Assembly: GCA_041397845.1 (NCBI GenBank)
Contig: JAWKVW010000006.1
Location: 6,061-70,060, forward strand
Source: Hyphomicrobiales bacterium
Lineage (GTDB): Bacteria; Pseudomonadota; Alphaproteobacteria; Rhizobiales; JAKPQE01
Length of the DNA stretch: 64,000 nucleotides
Direction of reading: 5' to 3'
The position numbers and the translations under genes are program-made. Position 1 is the stretch's first letter; every line of letters begins with the position of its first letter. Below are positions 1-13,261 of this stretch, piece by piece. Under the pieces are notes generated by a model. It was given only the letters and a program-made list of their open reading frames with translations. It was not told where the DNA came from and searched no databases.

Positions 1-578
1 AAGCCGGCGACGCGGCCATAGCCGAGGCTTGCGGCGACATTGCCGGCGGGCGGGCGGCATCGGTCTGCGGCAGGGCGGCGAGCGCCATCAGAAAGAGAAA
101 CGGGATCTCCTTGGCGACGAGCCCGGCCATCATGGCAAGGCCGAGGGGATCATTGACGATGGAGCAGGTCCGGCGGGTAGCGCCAGCCGGTCGCCCAGGG
201 CGAGACGAGGCGGACAAGCCAACCGGAGGGGGCAATGAGGAAGGCAATGCCGAACGCCGCGGCGGCATGGGGCACCGACAGCAGCGGCGAGACGAGGCGG
301 CGCAGTCCGTTGAAGAACGGCGTGCCAAGCCAGCCGGCAACGAAAAAGGCGACGACGGCAAGGGCGGCAAGCGTCGTCAGCAGCCCCGAAGCAAGGCTGA
401 GGCCGACGGAGCGGCCTATGCCCGGCGTCGCCCAGAGATCGGCGAAGGGCTGCAGCGAAAAGCCGTCAGAGCCGAGCACCGGCAGATAGCCGAAGGCCGG
501 CAGGGCAACGCCGACAAGCCCCGCAACGACCGGGCCGATGAGGACGAGGATGGTGAGCGGCGGCGCGAGACGCAGCAT
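1..578 (-). pseudogene. ABC transporter permease (YnjC-like). The 3' part runs off the window edge and the frame is broken at least twice in the first 200 nt.
   Basis: ORF 150..725(-) read from the internal Met at 578 gives MLRLAPPLTILVLIGPVVAGL..., a multi-TM protein. After the stop at 150 the protein continues in other frames (LIVNDPLGLAMMAGLVAKEIPFLFLMALAAL, then ASLGYGRVAG). It sits 25 nt downstream of the binding-protein gene. Confidence 0.6.
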
Positions 579-603
579 GGCGGTGTCGCGCCTCCCCTTC
601 GGC

Positions 604-1817
604 TCAGGCGCCGTAGCGCTTTTTCCAGGCTTCCTCGAGACGAACCATCCACGAGGGATGGGGCTCGGGCAGCACGGCGCCGAGCTCGGCCGGCGACAGG
701 GTGGCAATGCCGAGGTCGATGGCATCGAGGCGGGCGCGATCCTCCGGCGAGAGCCTTGCCACGTCGAGCACGGTGAAATCGCCCCAGACGTCCGGCTTCT
801 GTTTCTCGATCTGGGCGTCCGGCGACATCAGGAAATTGGCGACGACCATCGCGCCGGCCCTGGCATTGGCGTTGAACGGCATCGCCACGAAATGGGTGTT
901 GCCGATGGTGCCGATGTCCATGACGTAGGAGCGGACGGTGTCGGGCAGCTCGCCCTTGGCGATGGCGGAGCTCGCCTCGGTCTGGTGGAAGGAAAAGGCG
1001 ATCTCGACCTCGCCGTCGGCAAGCAGGGTGCGCAGCGCCGAGGCATTTTCCGGGAAGGCCCGGCCCTCGCGCCACATCAGCGGATGGAGCTTGTCGAGAT
1101 AGGCAAAGAGCGGCGCGGTCGCGGCGTCGAAATCGGTCTCCTCGGCCGGCTTTTCAAGAACGGCGCGATCGGCGACGAGCTCGTAGAGCATTTGCTTCAG
1201 GAAGGTCGAGCCGGTGAAATCGGGCGGCTGGGGATAGGTGAAGCGGCCGGGATGGCTCGCCGCCCAGTCGAGGAGCGCCGGAGCAGACTTCGGCACGTCC
1301 GGGGTGCGGGCGGTGTCGTGATAGAAGACGAGCTGGGCCATGCCCCAGGGCGCCTCGAGACCGTCGACGGGCACGGTGAAATCGCTCGTCACGGTCGGCT
1401 TGCCGGCAACATCGACGAGGGCATAATTCGGCAGCGCGGTCGACCAGGGCGCGGCAGCGAGCAGGTCCTCGCGCTTCATGGCAGGCGAAGTTCTCGCCAT
1501 TGATCGAACTGAGGTCGACCGAACCGCCGCTCGCGCCGCGGCGGTCTTTTCGGCCGAACCGCCGCGACCACCTCGGCGGTGTCAGAGCATGGCGTGGACG
1601 AGCTTGACGCCAGGCGCTTCTCGACCTCGGCGCCGACCCAGGCGATGTAGTCGTTGATGCGCGATTCGCCGGCCCAGGCATGCCAGTAGACCGTCTCGCC
1701 CTTTGCTTCTGCGGGAACGCATCCCATTTCGCGGGATCGGGGTCGGCAAAGCGCCGCGCCTGAAAAGACGGTTCCGGCAGACAGCGCCAGCGCGCCAAAC
1801 CAACGTGCGATGGTCAA
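604..1817 (-). pseudogene. ABC transporter periplasmic substrate-binding protein (YnjB family), with at least 3 frameshifts in the N-terminal third
   Basis: The C-terminal 298 aa are intact in ORF 604..1500(-). N-terminal pieces are spread over three frames: TIARWFGALALSAG...GETVYWHAWAGESRINDYIAWVGAEVEKR (ORF 1476..2228), GVKLVHAML (ORF 1582..1803) and GGSVDLSSINGENFA (ORF 1154..1798). A TTG start at 1817 is preceded by GGAGGA. Confidence 0.7.
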
Positions 1818-1983
1818 ATCGATTTCCTCCGTTTCCGGCCTGCAGCGCTGCTTTTGGCTCCTGCCGCCGGTTCCCTTGCCATCTTTGGAGCGCACCGGGC
1901 CGGCAGCGTCAAGACACGGTTTCCGGAGGCGGCTGTGATTTCCGCCGACGGGCGGGCATGCCGTTCCGGCACGGTCTCGAGCA

Positions 1984-3059
1984 ATGCGGTTCGCCGACGA
2001 AGGGCACCGCACCGATCGAAGCGCACTTGCCGGGGCGCTCGCCGACCGGCCGGACACGGCAGCGGTGACGGCGGCCGACATCCGACCGCTTGCCGACACG
2101 GGCCTTGCGCACTGGCATGCCCGGATTGGCGAGACCGGCTGGCTGGCGCGCATGCCGTAAAGCCAGATGAAGCTCGGCGCCGCCGAAAACCTTCTATCAG
2201 GCAAATTCCTTTCGCGGCCGCCGAGCACTTCCGAGGCACACGCCGAAGCTCATCGACATCGTGGCGCCGACCGAGGAACTGCTCGGGGCGCTCATCGTCG
2301 AGGCGATCGAGGGCCGGGTGCCGCGCCTGCCGGACGACCTTGCGGCCATCGCTGGCGCTCGCGGCGCTGCACCGCTGCCCGATCGAGGAGCCAGCAAGCG
2401 GGCTGAAGCGGATGCCGCCAATCCGCTGACGGCGATGCTGCTCGAGGGTTCGCGACAGGCGGAATTCCTCGAGCCGGCCGATATCGACGACGTCATGGCT
2501 CGACATCCGCTCCGAGCTCGACAAGGTGTTCCGGCACGTGGAACGGCTCGGCCGGCCGCCACGGACACTGATCTCGTTCGACGCCCATCCGGGCAATTTC
2601 CTCATCGAGGAACGGGCCGACGAGGCCCCGCGCGCCGTTCTCGTCGATCTCGACAAGATGCTGCTTTCCTCGCCCAGCCGACCTCGCGCACGTACGACGC
2701 TCTACACCTCGACGACCTGGGACCCGAACACCTCGGCGGTGCTCTCGGGCGAGGAGATGCTCGCCTTCTATCGTGCCTGGATCGCGGCAATGGGCGATGA
2801 CGCGGAACAGCACGTTGCCGTTCCTCGAAATCAGCCGGCGACGGTCTTCTGGCTCTGGTCGGCGACCTGGTGCGCCAAGTGGCAAGTGCTTTCCGGCGAG
2901 ACGGCGAAGGAAGCGGCCGAGACGAGCGCCAATGCCGAGGACTGGTCGGAGGAAAAGAGCGCGGCGGCCCTCATTGCCCACGTCGCCGAGCGGGTAACGC
3001 ACTACCTCCAGCCCGAGACCATCGCCCGGGTGCGGGCAACGCTTGCCATCAAGCCTTGA
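1984..3059 (+). pseudogene. Aminoglycoside/choline-kinase-type phosphotransferase (APH family), with several frameshifts
   Basis: ORF 2526..3059 carries the kinase catalytic motif (ISFDAHPGNFLIEE...VLVDLDK). Upstream parts lie in other frames: GLAHWHARIGETGWLARMP, SQMKLGAAENLL, PKLIDIVAPTEELLGALIVEAIEGRVPRLPDD. The start at ATG 1984 is tentative. Confidence 0.6.
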
Positions 3060-3193
3060 GCCGGCCGCTTTCAGCAAGCTGTTAAGTCTTTGCCGAACCG
3101 TCAGAAACAAGCGCGGTTTCGGCATGAAATCAACGACAGCACAATTACCCTATATTCGGCAGACGAGCGAATCACCGAAAGAGACGAGCAGGT

Positions 3194-6562
<3,369 letters not shown>

Positions 6563-6669
6563 GACGGCTCTTTGCGGAATGTGTGGCAGTTTTTGCCGGA
6601 AATAGGTCATTGCTGCCAGAATTGAAACCGGAAATCCTGTCGTCGTCAACCGAGCTTCAGGAGCCTTCC

Positions 6670-7359
6670 ATGACAGACGCGCCGTTTCGCATCGTATTCG
6701 CCATCTATCCGGGCATGACGCAGCTCGACTTCACCGGGCCGCACCAGTTTCTCAGCCGCCTGCCGGGGAGCGAGACGATCGTCGCCAGTCCGGCCGGCGG
6801 CGACGTTGCCGCCGAGGGCCTCGTCTTTGCCGGCACGGCGGCGATAGCCGATGTCGGGTCCTGCGACCTCATCTGCGTTCCGGGCGGCGTGCCGGCGGCG
6901 CGGATCGGCCTCGACGAGGCGTTCATCGGCGAGATCCGCCGGCTGGCGCTCGGGGCGCGCTACATCACCTCGGTGTGCACCGGCTCGCTCATCCTCGGCG
7001 CGACCGGGCTTCTGAAGGGCAAGCGCGCCGCCTGCCACTGGGCCTGGCGCGAGCTTCTGCCGATCTACGGCGCCATTCCCGACCCGGCACGGGTCGTGCG
7101 CGACGGCAACATCATCACCGGCGGCGGCGTGACGGCCGGCATCGACTTCGCGCTGACGGTGCTTGCCGAAGTTGCCGGCAGAGACGTCGCCGAGGCGCTG
7201 CAGCTCGGCCTCGAATACGCCCCCGAGCCGCCGTTCAATTCCGGCCGGCCGGAGACGGCACCGGCGGCGACGGTCGCCTTGCTGAAGGCGCGCCTCGATC
7301 AGGCCGCCGCCGGGCGACGGCAGGACGCGGAGGCGGCGGCGGCGCGGCTTTCATCCTGA
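6670..7359 (+). CDS. DJ-1/PfpI family protein (isonitrile-hydratase-like)
   Basis: ORF 6583..7359 from ATG 6670: FRIVFAIYPGMTQLDFTGP...ITSVCTGSLILGATGLLKGKRAACHW...GGGVTAGIDFAL. The nucleophile-elbow Cys motif is present. Confidence 0.85.
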   Translation: MTDAPFRIVFAIYPGMTQLDFTGPHQFLSRLPGSETIVASPAGGDVAAEGLVFAGTAAIADVGSCDLICVPGGVPAARIGLDEAFIGEIRRLALGARYITSVCTGSLILGATGLLKGKRAACHWAWRELLPIYGAIPDPARVVRDGNIITGGGVTAGIDFALTVLAEVAGRDVAEALQLGLEYAPEPPFNSGRPETAPAATVALLKARLDQAAAGRRQDAEAAAARLSS

Positions 7360-7424
7360 GCCGCGTGCCGGCCGCAACGCGGTCCGCGCTTCGACCGGCA
7401 TTTGCCGGGGATATCAGCCTTGCC

Positions 7425-7836
7425 CGCCAAAACCTGCACCGGCCGGCGAGGGCGCGAGACGGATCAGGCGTGAATCAAGCACCGCCGCCTGGCGATGCTT
7501 GACGGCCTCGCGGTAAACCGGATCGCGCAGCATCTCGATGAAGGCGGCAACGCTTGATATTCGGCGATAAAGCACTCGTCCCAAGCCTCCTCGGCCGGCC
7601 CGATCAACATCAGCTCAAAGGAGCCGCGCCAGACGATGCGGCCACCGAGACGGGCAAAGACCGGATAGCTTTCACGGCCATAGGCGGCATAGGCCTCGGC
7701 GCCGGTCGCCCCGCGCCCGTCGGATAGGCTGCCTCGCCACGAAAGCGCACGAGGTTGAGCATGTGAATCGGACCCGGTCGGTCATTGGCGCGGAATGCGC
7801 CGAAGGTCTCTTTCGTCGGATCGACGAAACCGACAT
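7425..7836 (-). pseudogene. DUF1330 domain protein, with at least 3 frameshifts
   Basis: AGGAGA RBS followed by ATG at 7836. The pieces VGFVDPTKETFGAFRANDRPGPIHMLNLVRFRGEAAYP, ATGAEAYAAYGRESYPVFARLGGRIVWRGSFELMLIGPAEEAWDECFIAEY and AAFIEMLRDPVYREAVKHRQAAVLDSRLIRL lie in different frames. Confidence 0.6.
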
Positions 7837-7940
7837 GCTGGTTTCTCCTTGCGCGGGCGGTTCCGGGCAATGGCGGACTTGCCGACGCGGAGCTTAGCTG
7901 AATTCGCTGCAGACCAGGACCTTCGGCAAAAAGCTTTTTG

Positions 7941-7974
7941 CAAAACAAAACCGCGTCGGATCGCTCCGGCGCGG
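7941..7974 (-). terminator. Rho-independent terminator downstream of infC
   Basis: On the minus strand: CCGCGCCGGA-GCGA-TCCGACGCGG, a 9-bp stem with one mismatch and a GNRA loop, followed by TTTTGTTTTG. It lies about 130 nt after the infC stop. Confidence 0.6.
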
Positions 7975-7989
7975 TCTTCAATCTTGCGT

Positions 7990-8075
7990 CCCTGCCGGCG
8001 GGCGGCAGGGTTTTCAATCGCTATTGCCTGCCGGCAGGCGGCAGGGCTATCAGCCCCTTGCGCCATGCCTGCCGG
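7990..8075. repeat. Three copies of a GC-rich hairpin motif (CCTGCCGGC..GGCAGG) in the infC 3' flank
   Basis: CCCTGCCG-gcggg-CGGCAGGG at 7990-8010, CCTGCCG-gcagg-CGGCAGG at 8027-8045 and a partial CCTGCCGG at 8068-8075. Spacing is about 36-41 bp. Confidence 0.5.
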
Positions 8076-8106
8076 AAAACCGGTTACGGTCTTCCAGCAA
8101 GGAGCA

Positions 8107-8643
8107 TCAGCGCGGCGCCAGCACCATGATCATCTGGCGGCCTTCGAGCTTCGGCTCGGCCTCGACCTTGGCGAAGTCGGCGGTGTCGTCGCGGACCTTG
8201 TGGAGCAACTGCATGCCGAGCTCCTGATGGGCCATCTCGCGACCGCGGAAGCGGAGCGTCACCTTGACCTTGTCGCCTTCCTCGAAGAAGCGCTTGATCG
8301 ACCGCATCTTGACCTCATAGTCGTGCGTGTCGATGTTCGGACGGACCTTGATCTCCTTGATCTCGACCGTCTTCTGCTTCTTGCGCGCTTCGGCAGCCTT
8401 CTTCTGGCTCTGGTACTTGTACTTGCCGAAATCGAGGATCTTGCAGACCGGCGGCGCCGAATTCGGCGAGATCTCGACCAGATCGAGCCCCTGCTCGACC
8501 GCGAGATTGAGGGCCTCATCAATCGGAACGATGCCCAGATTGACGCCTTCAGCGTCGATCAGCTGTACCCGTGCTTCGCGGATATCGCGATTCACGCGGG
8601 GCCCTTCCTTCTGAACGGGCGCGGCTCTGTGTGGACGGCGAAT
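8107..8643 (-). CDS. infC: Translation initiation factor IF-3, with a non-canonical ATT start
   Basis: ORF 8107..8595(-) reads [43 protein letters not shown]...[13 protein letters not shown]. The in-frame upstream extension [17 protein letters not shown] begins at ATT (8641-8643), 8 nt after GGAGA. An AUU start is the known IF-3 autoregulatory feature. Confidence 0.9.
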   Translation of the reverse strand: MRRPHRAAPVQKEGPRVNRDIREARVQLIDAEGVNLGIVPIDEALNLAVEQGLDLVEISPNSAPPVCKILDFGKYKYQSQKKAAEARKKQKTVEIKEIKVRPNIDTHDYEVKMRSIKRFFEEGDKVKVTLRFRGREMAHQELGMQLLHKVRDDTADFAKVEAEPKLEGRQMIMVLAPR

Positions 8644-8955
8644 GGTCAGGGTCTCCTAGTCGATTGATACAAATTCCGTTCGCGGCAGCCTCGGCCACCA
8701 CGTCTTCCCCGACCCTAATGCCAAACGAGCCCGAACGGAATCGAAAACGAGCCCGCCAGAGCCTGTTTCGCGCCGATTCTCCAGATTTTCGGTGTTTCTG
8801 GCCCCGGATGGCAGCGCGGAATCGCGGAAAGCCTGTCCGGACCGCATCGAACATCCCTCGCGAGGCGACCGGGCAGAGGCCTGACATTCTCCAACTCGCC
8901 GCGCTTCGTCAAGCGTCGCTTGATGGGCCGGTAAACGGTTCTTGACCGGATGACG

Positions 8956-10168
8956 TCAGGAAACCCGCCGGCGGAGACGGTCATAGACCGCAAGGGTCGC
9001 GCCGGTCATCACCGGCAGATCGAAATGCCGGAGCATGAAAGCCCGGACCTTGTCGCCATAGTCCGCACCCTTGTCCGGCGCGACGAGCAGCGCTTCCTCG
9101 ATCGCCTCAGCCAGTGCGTTGGCATCCGCGGCCGGGACGCGCCAGCCGGTCCGCGCCGCGGCGTCGACCTCGGGCGGCTGCAGCACCGTTTCGGCAAAGG
9201 CGCCAAGATCGGAGACAACGACCGGGCGACCCATGGCGCCGGCCTCGACCGCGGCGCGGCCAAACGTCTCGGGCACGAGCGAGGGGGCGATGACGACGCT
9301 CGCCAGCGACAGGGCGGCCGGCATGTCGGCGCAGTGACCGACGAAACGGACGCGACCGGCAAGCCCCGCCGCCGCGACGTCGGCATCGAGCTCGGCGCGA
9401 AAGCCGGCGCGGCCCTGCTCGTCGCCGGCCATGACGAAGACGAGATCGGGGTGCTGCCCGGCGAGCCGGGCGGCGGCCTCGATCGCCACCTTGTGACCCT
9501 TGATCGGACTGACCCGGGCCGGCAGCAGCACGACGCGATCGCCGGCCGCAATCGCCCAGGCGGCGGCCAGCCTGTTGCGACGCTCCGGCGTGATGCGGGC
9601 CGGATCGAAGGCGGCAAGGTCGGTGCCGCGCGGGATGACGACGATGCGATCGCGGGCGGAGGGGAACCGTTCGGCAATGACGCCGGCGGTGAAGGCGGAA
9701 TTGGCGATCACCGCGTCGCCACGGGCCATCACCGAATTGTAGAGCGCCTTCAGGCGACCGACCTGCTTGTAGGCACCATGGAACGTCGTGACGAACGGAA
9801 TGCCGGTGCGGCGGGCGGCAAGGAGCGCCGACCAGGCGGGGGCGCGGCTGCGGGCATGGATGATGTCGACCCTTTCGCGCCGGATGAGGGCGGCGAGGCG
9901 GCCGACATTGAGAACCATCCGGAGCGGATTCTTGGCCGCGACCGGAAGATCGAACCACTCGCCGCCCCTTGCCTGAAGCTCGGCGACGAGCCGGCCGCCC
10001 TCGCTTGCCACCAGCGCCCGGTCGCCCCTTGCGGCGAGGGCTGCGGCGATATCGACCGTGGTGCGCTCGGCGCCGCCGGCCTCGAGCTCGGGGATCACCT
10101 GCAGGATCGTCAGAGGGCGGGCTTTTCGTCCATCGCCGGTTATGGGATCAAGGGGCAAGGGCGACCCT
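8956..10168 (-). CDS. Glycosyltransferase family 4 (GT-B, RfaB-like)
   Basis: C-terminal about 400 aa of ORF 8956..10932(-): LTILQVIPELEAGGAERTTVDIAAAL...HARSRAPAWS...VMAGDEQGRAGF...SLVPETFGRAAVEAGAMGRPVVVSDLG. The start is uncertain: in-frame TTG at 10168, or an ATG at 10143 that is one base out of frame. Confidence 0.75.
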
Positions 10169-10218
10169 TCTTTCGGATTCGTCGCGCACCGACATCGAAC
10201 AGAGGCCCGGACAGTAGG

Positions 10219-10995
10219 ATGAGCGAGACGGAACCGCAAACGCTTCGTGTCGAGACAGACGGCTACGGCCGTGACATCGCCGTGCTCCATCGCGACGGCG
10301 CCGGACCGGGCATCATCTGGCTCGGCGGCTTTCGATCGGAGATGACCGGCACCAAGGCGGCGGCGCTTGCCGAGCATGCCGCGCGGGCCGGCCGCGCCGT
10401 CACGCGCTTCGACTATTCCGGCCACGGCGCCTCGGGCGGCGCCTTCACCGACGGCACGATCGGGCGCTGGCTCGACGAGGCGACCGCCGTCTTCGACGCG
10501 TTCACCAAGGGACCGCAGATCGCCGTCGGCTCGTCGATGGGCGGCTGGCTCACCCTGCTGCTTGCCCGCCGGCTGGCGGCGCGCGGCGAAAGCGGCCGGC
10601 TCAAGGCCCTTGTGCTGATCGCGCCGGCAACCGACATGACGGACAGCCTGATGTGGCGGCGCTGGCCGGACACGATCCGGCGCGAGATCACGGAGGCCGG
10701 CCATCTTTCGGTGCCGTCGCAATATTGCGCGGAGCCGACGATGATCACCCGGGCGCTCGTCGAGGAAGGGCGGGCGCATCTTTTCGGCGACGCGCCGATC
10801 GTTGCCGGATGCCCGGTGCATATCCTGCACGGCGTCGACGATCCGGATGTGCCGGTGTCGATGTCCCTCGACCTCGTGTCGCGCCTTGCCGAGGACGATG
10901 TCGTTCTCACCCTCGTCAAGGCCGGGGACCACCGGCTGTCGCGGCCGCAGGACATCGAGCTGATGCTGTCGACGGTCGCCGCGCTCGGCGACTGA
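10219..10995 (+). CDS. Alpha/beta-fold hydrolase
   Basis: C-terminal 258 aa of ORF 8950..10995 from ATG 10219: MSETEPQTLRVE...IIWLGGFRSEMTGTKA...AVGSSMGGWLTLLLA (GxSxG)...HILHGVDDPDVP...GDHRLS. Confidence 0.8.
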   Translation: MSETEPQTLRVETDGYGRDIAVLHRDGAGPGIIWLGGFRSEMTGTKAAALAEHAARAGRAVTRFDYSGHGASGGAFTDGTIGRWLDEATAVFDAFTKGPQIAVGSSMGGWLTLLLARRLAARGESGRLKALVLIAPATDMTDSLMWRRWPDTIRREITEAGHLSVPSQYCAEPTMITRALVEEGRAHLFGDAPIVAGCPVHILHGVDDPDVPVSMSLDLVSRLAEDDVVLTLVKAGDHRLSRPQDIELMLSTVAALGD

Positions 10996-11051
10996 ACCGG
11001 CCGAACCGGTTCCATCCTGCCCGTGGCCGCCGTTGAGGAGTCGAACGTCAA

Positions 11052-12272
11052 ATGGCGCTTTCCGGAACGTTCGCGATGCTGAAAGGCCGCCTTGGCGCGG
11101 TGCCGCGCGGCGTCATCATGCTCGGCTTCGTCAGCATGTTCATGGACCTTTCCTCGGAAATGATCCACGCGCTGCTGCCGCTCTATCTCGTCGGCCCGCT
11201 CGGCGCCTCGACGGCGCTTGTCGGCTTCGTCGAGGGCGTCGCCGAATCGATCGCGGCGATCACCAAGGTCTTTTCCGGGGCGATCAGCGACCGCATCGCC
11301 CGGCGCAAGCCGCTGGTGCTTCTCGGCTATGGCCTTGCGGCGATCACCAAGCCGGTGTTCCCGCTGGCGAGTTCCGCCTGGATGGTGGTCGGCGCCCGGT
11401 TCGTCGACCGGTTCGGCAAGGGCCTTCGCGGGGCGCCGCGCGACGCGCTGATCGCCGACCTGACGACACCGGGGACGCGCGGCGCGGCCTATGGCATGCG
11501 CCAGTCGATGGACACGATCGGGGCGATCCTGGCGCCGGGCGCCGCCATCCTCCTGATGTGGCTCTACAATGATTTCCGGCTGGTGTTCTGGATCGCCGTC
11601 ATCCCGGCGTTCATCTCGGTGCTGTTCGTCGTCTTCGGGGTTTCGGAAACCGACCCTGAGCCGGCCGCAAAGGGCAGCCGGCCGAAGCTCGACTGGCGCA
11701 CCGCGCGGCGGCTGCCGAGGCTCTATTTCGCCGTGCTCGGCGTTGCCTTCATCCTGACGCTGGCGCGCTTCTCCGAGGCCTTCCTCGTTCTTGCCGCGCA
11801 CCATGCCGGCCTCGTCGTCGCGCTCGCGCCGCTCGTCTATGTCGCCATGAACATCGTCTATTCGATCACGGCGGCGCTGGCCGGCAGCCTGTCGGACGGC
11901 GTCGACCGGCGGGCGATCCTGATTGCCGGCACGCTGGCGCTGATCGTTGCCGATGTCTTCCTCGCCATGACGGGATCGCTCGCTGCGGTCGGGCTCGGCG
12001 TCCTCGTCTGGGGCCTGCACATGGGCCTGACGCAGGGGCTCTTTGCAGCGCTCATCGCCGATATCGCGCCGAGCGACCTGCGCGGCACGGCATTCGGCCT
12101 CTATAACCTTGCGACCGGCCTTGCCATGCTGGCGGCGAGCCTCATTGCCGGGGTCCTCTGGGACATGAGCGGGCCGACGGCGACCTTCCTTGCCGGCGCG
12201 GGGTTCACTGTCATCGCGCTTTTCGGCATGCTGGCGCTGCCGCGGCGCGCCGGACAGACGCCGCGCACCTGA
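11052..12272 (+). CDS. MFS transporter
   Basis: ORF 11052..12272, 406 aa with about 12 predicted TM segments. MFS loop motifs are present ([27 protein letters not shown]). Confidence 0.85.
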   Translation: MALSGTFAMLKGRLGAVPRGVIMLGFVSMFMDLSSEMIHALLPLYLVGPLGASTALVGFVEGVAESIAAITKVFSGAISDRIARRKPLVLLGYGLAAITKPVFPLASSAWMVVGARFVDRFGKGLRGAPRDALIADLTTPGTRGAAYGMRQSMDTIGAILAPGAAILLMWLYNDFRLVFWIAVIPAFISVLFVVFGVSETDPEPAAKGSRPKLDWRTARRLPRLYFAVLGVAFILTLARFSEAFLVLAAHHAGLVVALAPLVYVAMNIVYSITAALAGSLSDGVDRRAILIAGTLALIVADVFLAMTGSLAAVGLGVLVWGLHMGLTQGLFAALIADIAPSDLRGTAFGLYNLATGLAMLAASLIAGVLWDMSGPTATFLAGAGFTVIALFGMLALPRRAGQTPRT

Positions 12273-12297
12273 CCTTGCCGCAACTGACGGACAGACG

Positions 12298-13047
12298 ATG
12301 GCCCGATACGAGTTCCGCATGCAGCGCCTGTTCGTCCGCCACGGCCTTGGCGCCGGCGGAACAATGACGCTCGACCGTGGCCAGACCAACTACCTCGTCA
12401 ACGTGCTGCGGCTCGGCGAGGGCGGGCGCGTGCTGTTGTTCAATGGCCATGACGGCGAATGGGTCGCCGAGATCAGCCGCGCCGACCGCAAGGGGGCATC
12501 GATCTCGCTCGTCGAGCAGGTGCGGCCGCAGCCGGCCGCGGCCGAGCTTCGCTATCTCTTTGCGCCGCTGAAGCAGGCGCGCCTCGACTACATGGTGCAG
12601 AAGGCGACGGAGATGGGCGCCGGCCGGCTGACGCCGGTCATCACCCAGCACACCCAGGTGACCAAGCTCAATCTGGAGCGGCTCGAGGCGAACATCATCG
12701 AGGCGGCCGAGCAGTGCGGCATCCTCTCGATCCCGCAGCTCGACGCGCCGGTGCCGCTGCGCACGCTGCTCGATGCCTGGCCCGGCGCCGAACCGGAACG
12801 GCGCATCATCTTCTGCGACGAAGGCGAGGAGGGCGGCGATCCGCTGACCACGCTCGGCGGCCTTGCGGCCGGGCCGCTTGCGGTGCTTATCGGGCCGGAG
12901 GGCGGCTTTTCGGAGGACGAGCGGGCGGTGCTGCATTCCAAGCGCTTCGTCACGGCTATTCCGCTCGGGCCGCGGATCCTGCGGGCCGACACGGCGGCCG
13001 TCGCGGCGCTCGCCGTCGTCCAGGCGCGGCTCGGCGACTGGCGCTAG
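12298..13047 (+). CDS. rsmE: 16S rRNA (uracil1498-N3)-methyltransferase
   Basis: ORF 12190..13047 from ATG 12298: RMQRLFV...[25 protein letters not shown]...[28 protein letters not shown]...[12 protein letters not shown]...[11 protein letters not shown]. Confidence 0.85.
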   Translation: MARYEFRMQRLFVRHGLGAGGTMTLDRGQTNYLVNVLRLGEGGRVLLFNGHDGEWVAEISRADRKGASISLVEQVRPQPAAAELRYLFAPLKQARLDYMVQKATEMGAGRLTPVITQHTQVTKLNLERLEANIIEAAEQCGILSIPQLDAPVPLRTLLDAWPGAEPERRIIFCDEGEEGGDPLTTLGGLAAGPLAVLIGPEGGFSEDERAVLHSKRFVTAIPLGPRILRADTAAVAALAVVQARLGDWR

Positions 13048-13080
13048 ATTTTCCGCCAGACCCTGGTCGAGACCGGGCAC

Positions 13081-13140
13081 GTGACTGGGGGCGTGACTGG
13101 CCGCGTGACTTGCCGCGTGACTGGCCGCGTGACTGGCCGC
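13081..13140. repeat. Five tandem copies of a 12-bp unit (GTGACTGGCCGC) in the rsmE-gshA intergenic region
   Basis: GTGACTGGGGGC GTGACTGGCCGC GTGACTTGCCGC GTGACTGGCCGC GTGACTGGCCGC, read directly. The array lies 122-181 bp upstream of the gshA ATG. Confidence 0.95.
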
Positions 13141-13261
13141 GCGTGCCTGCGAGAGCACCAACCGGGTATGCCGCGGTGCCGCAATTTCACGCAATTGGCA
13201 TTTGTAACCGGCAAACCCCGCCTATATGTTCCGGCATCCTGCCTCCGGACCGGAGCCTTTC

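Noticed and set aside
7990-8014. A plus-strand terminator-like hairpin (CCCTGCCG-gcggg-CGGCAGGG followed by TTTT) as evidence for an sRNA gene
   Set aside because: It is one of three near-identical hairpin copies in the infC 3' flank. I found no convincing upstream plus-strand promoter. The T-run may be incidental. It is kept only as a remark inside the infC-flank finding.
8950-10995. Mutually antisense 681-aa (+) and 658-aa (-) ORFs spanning the same 2 kb
   Set aside because: Only the 3' 258 codons of the plus ORF, an alpha/beta hydrolase, are protein-like. Likewise only the 3' about 400 codons of the minus ORF, the GT4 glycosyltransferase, are protein-like. The two real genes are divergent and do not overlap.
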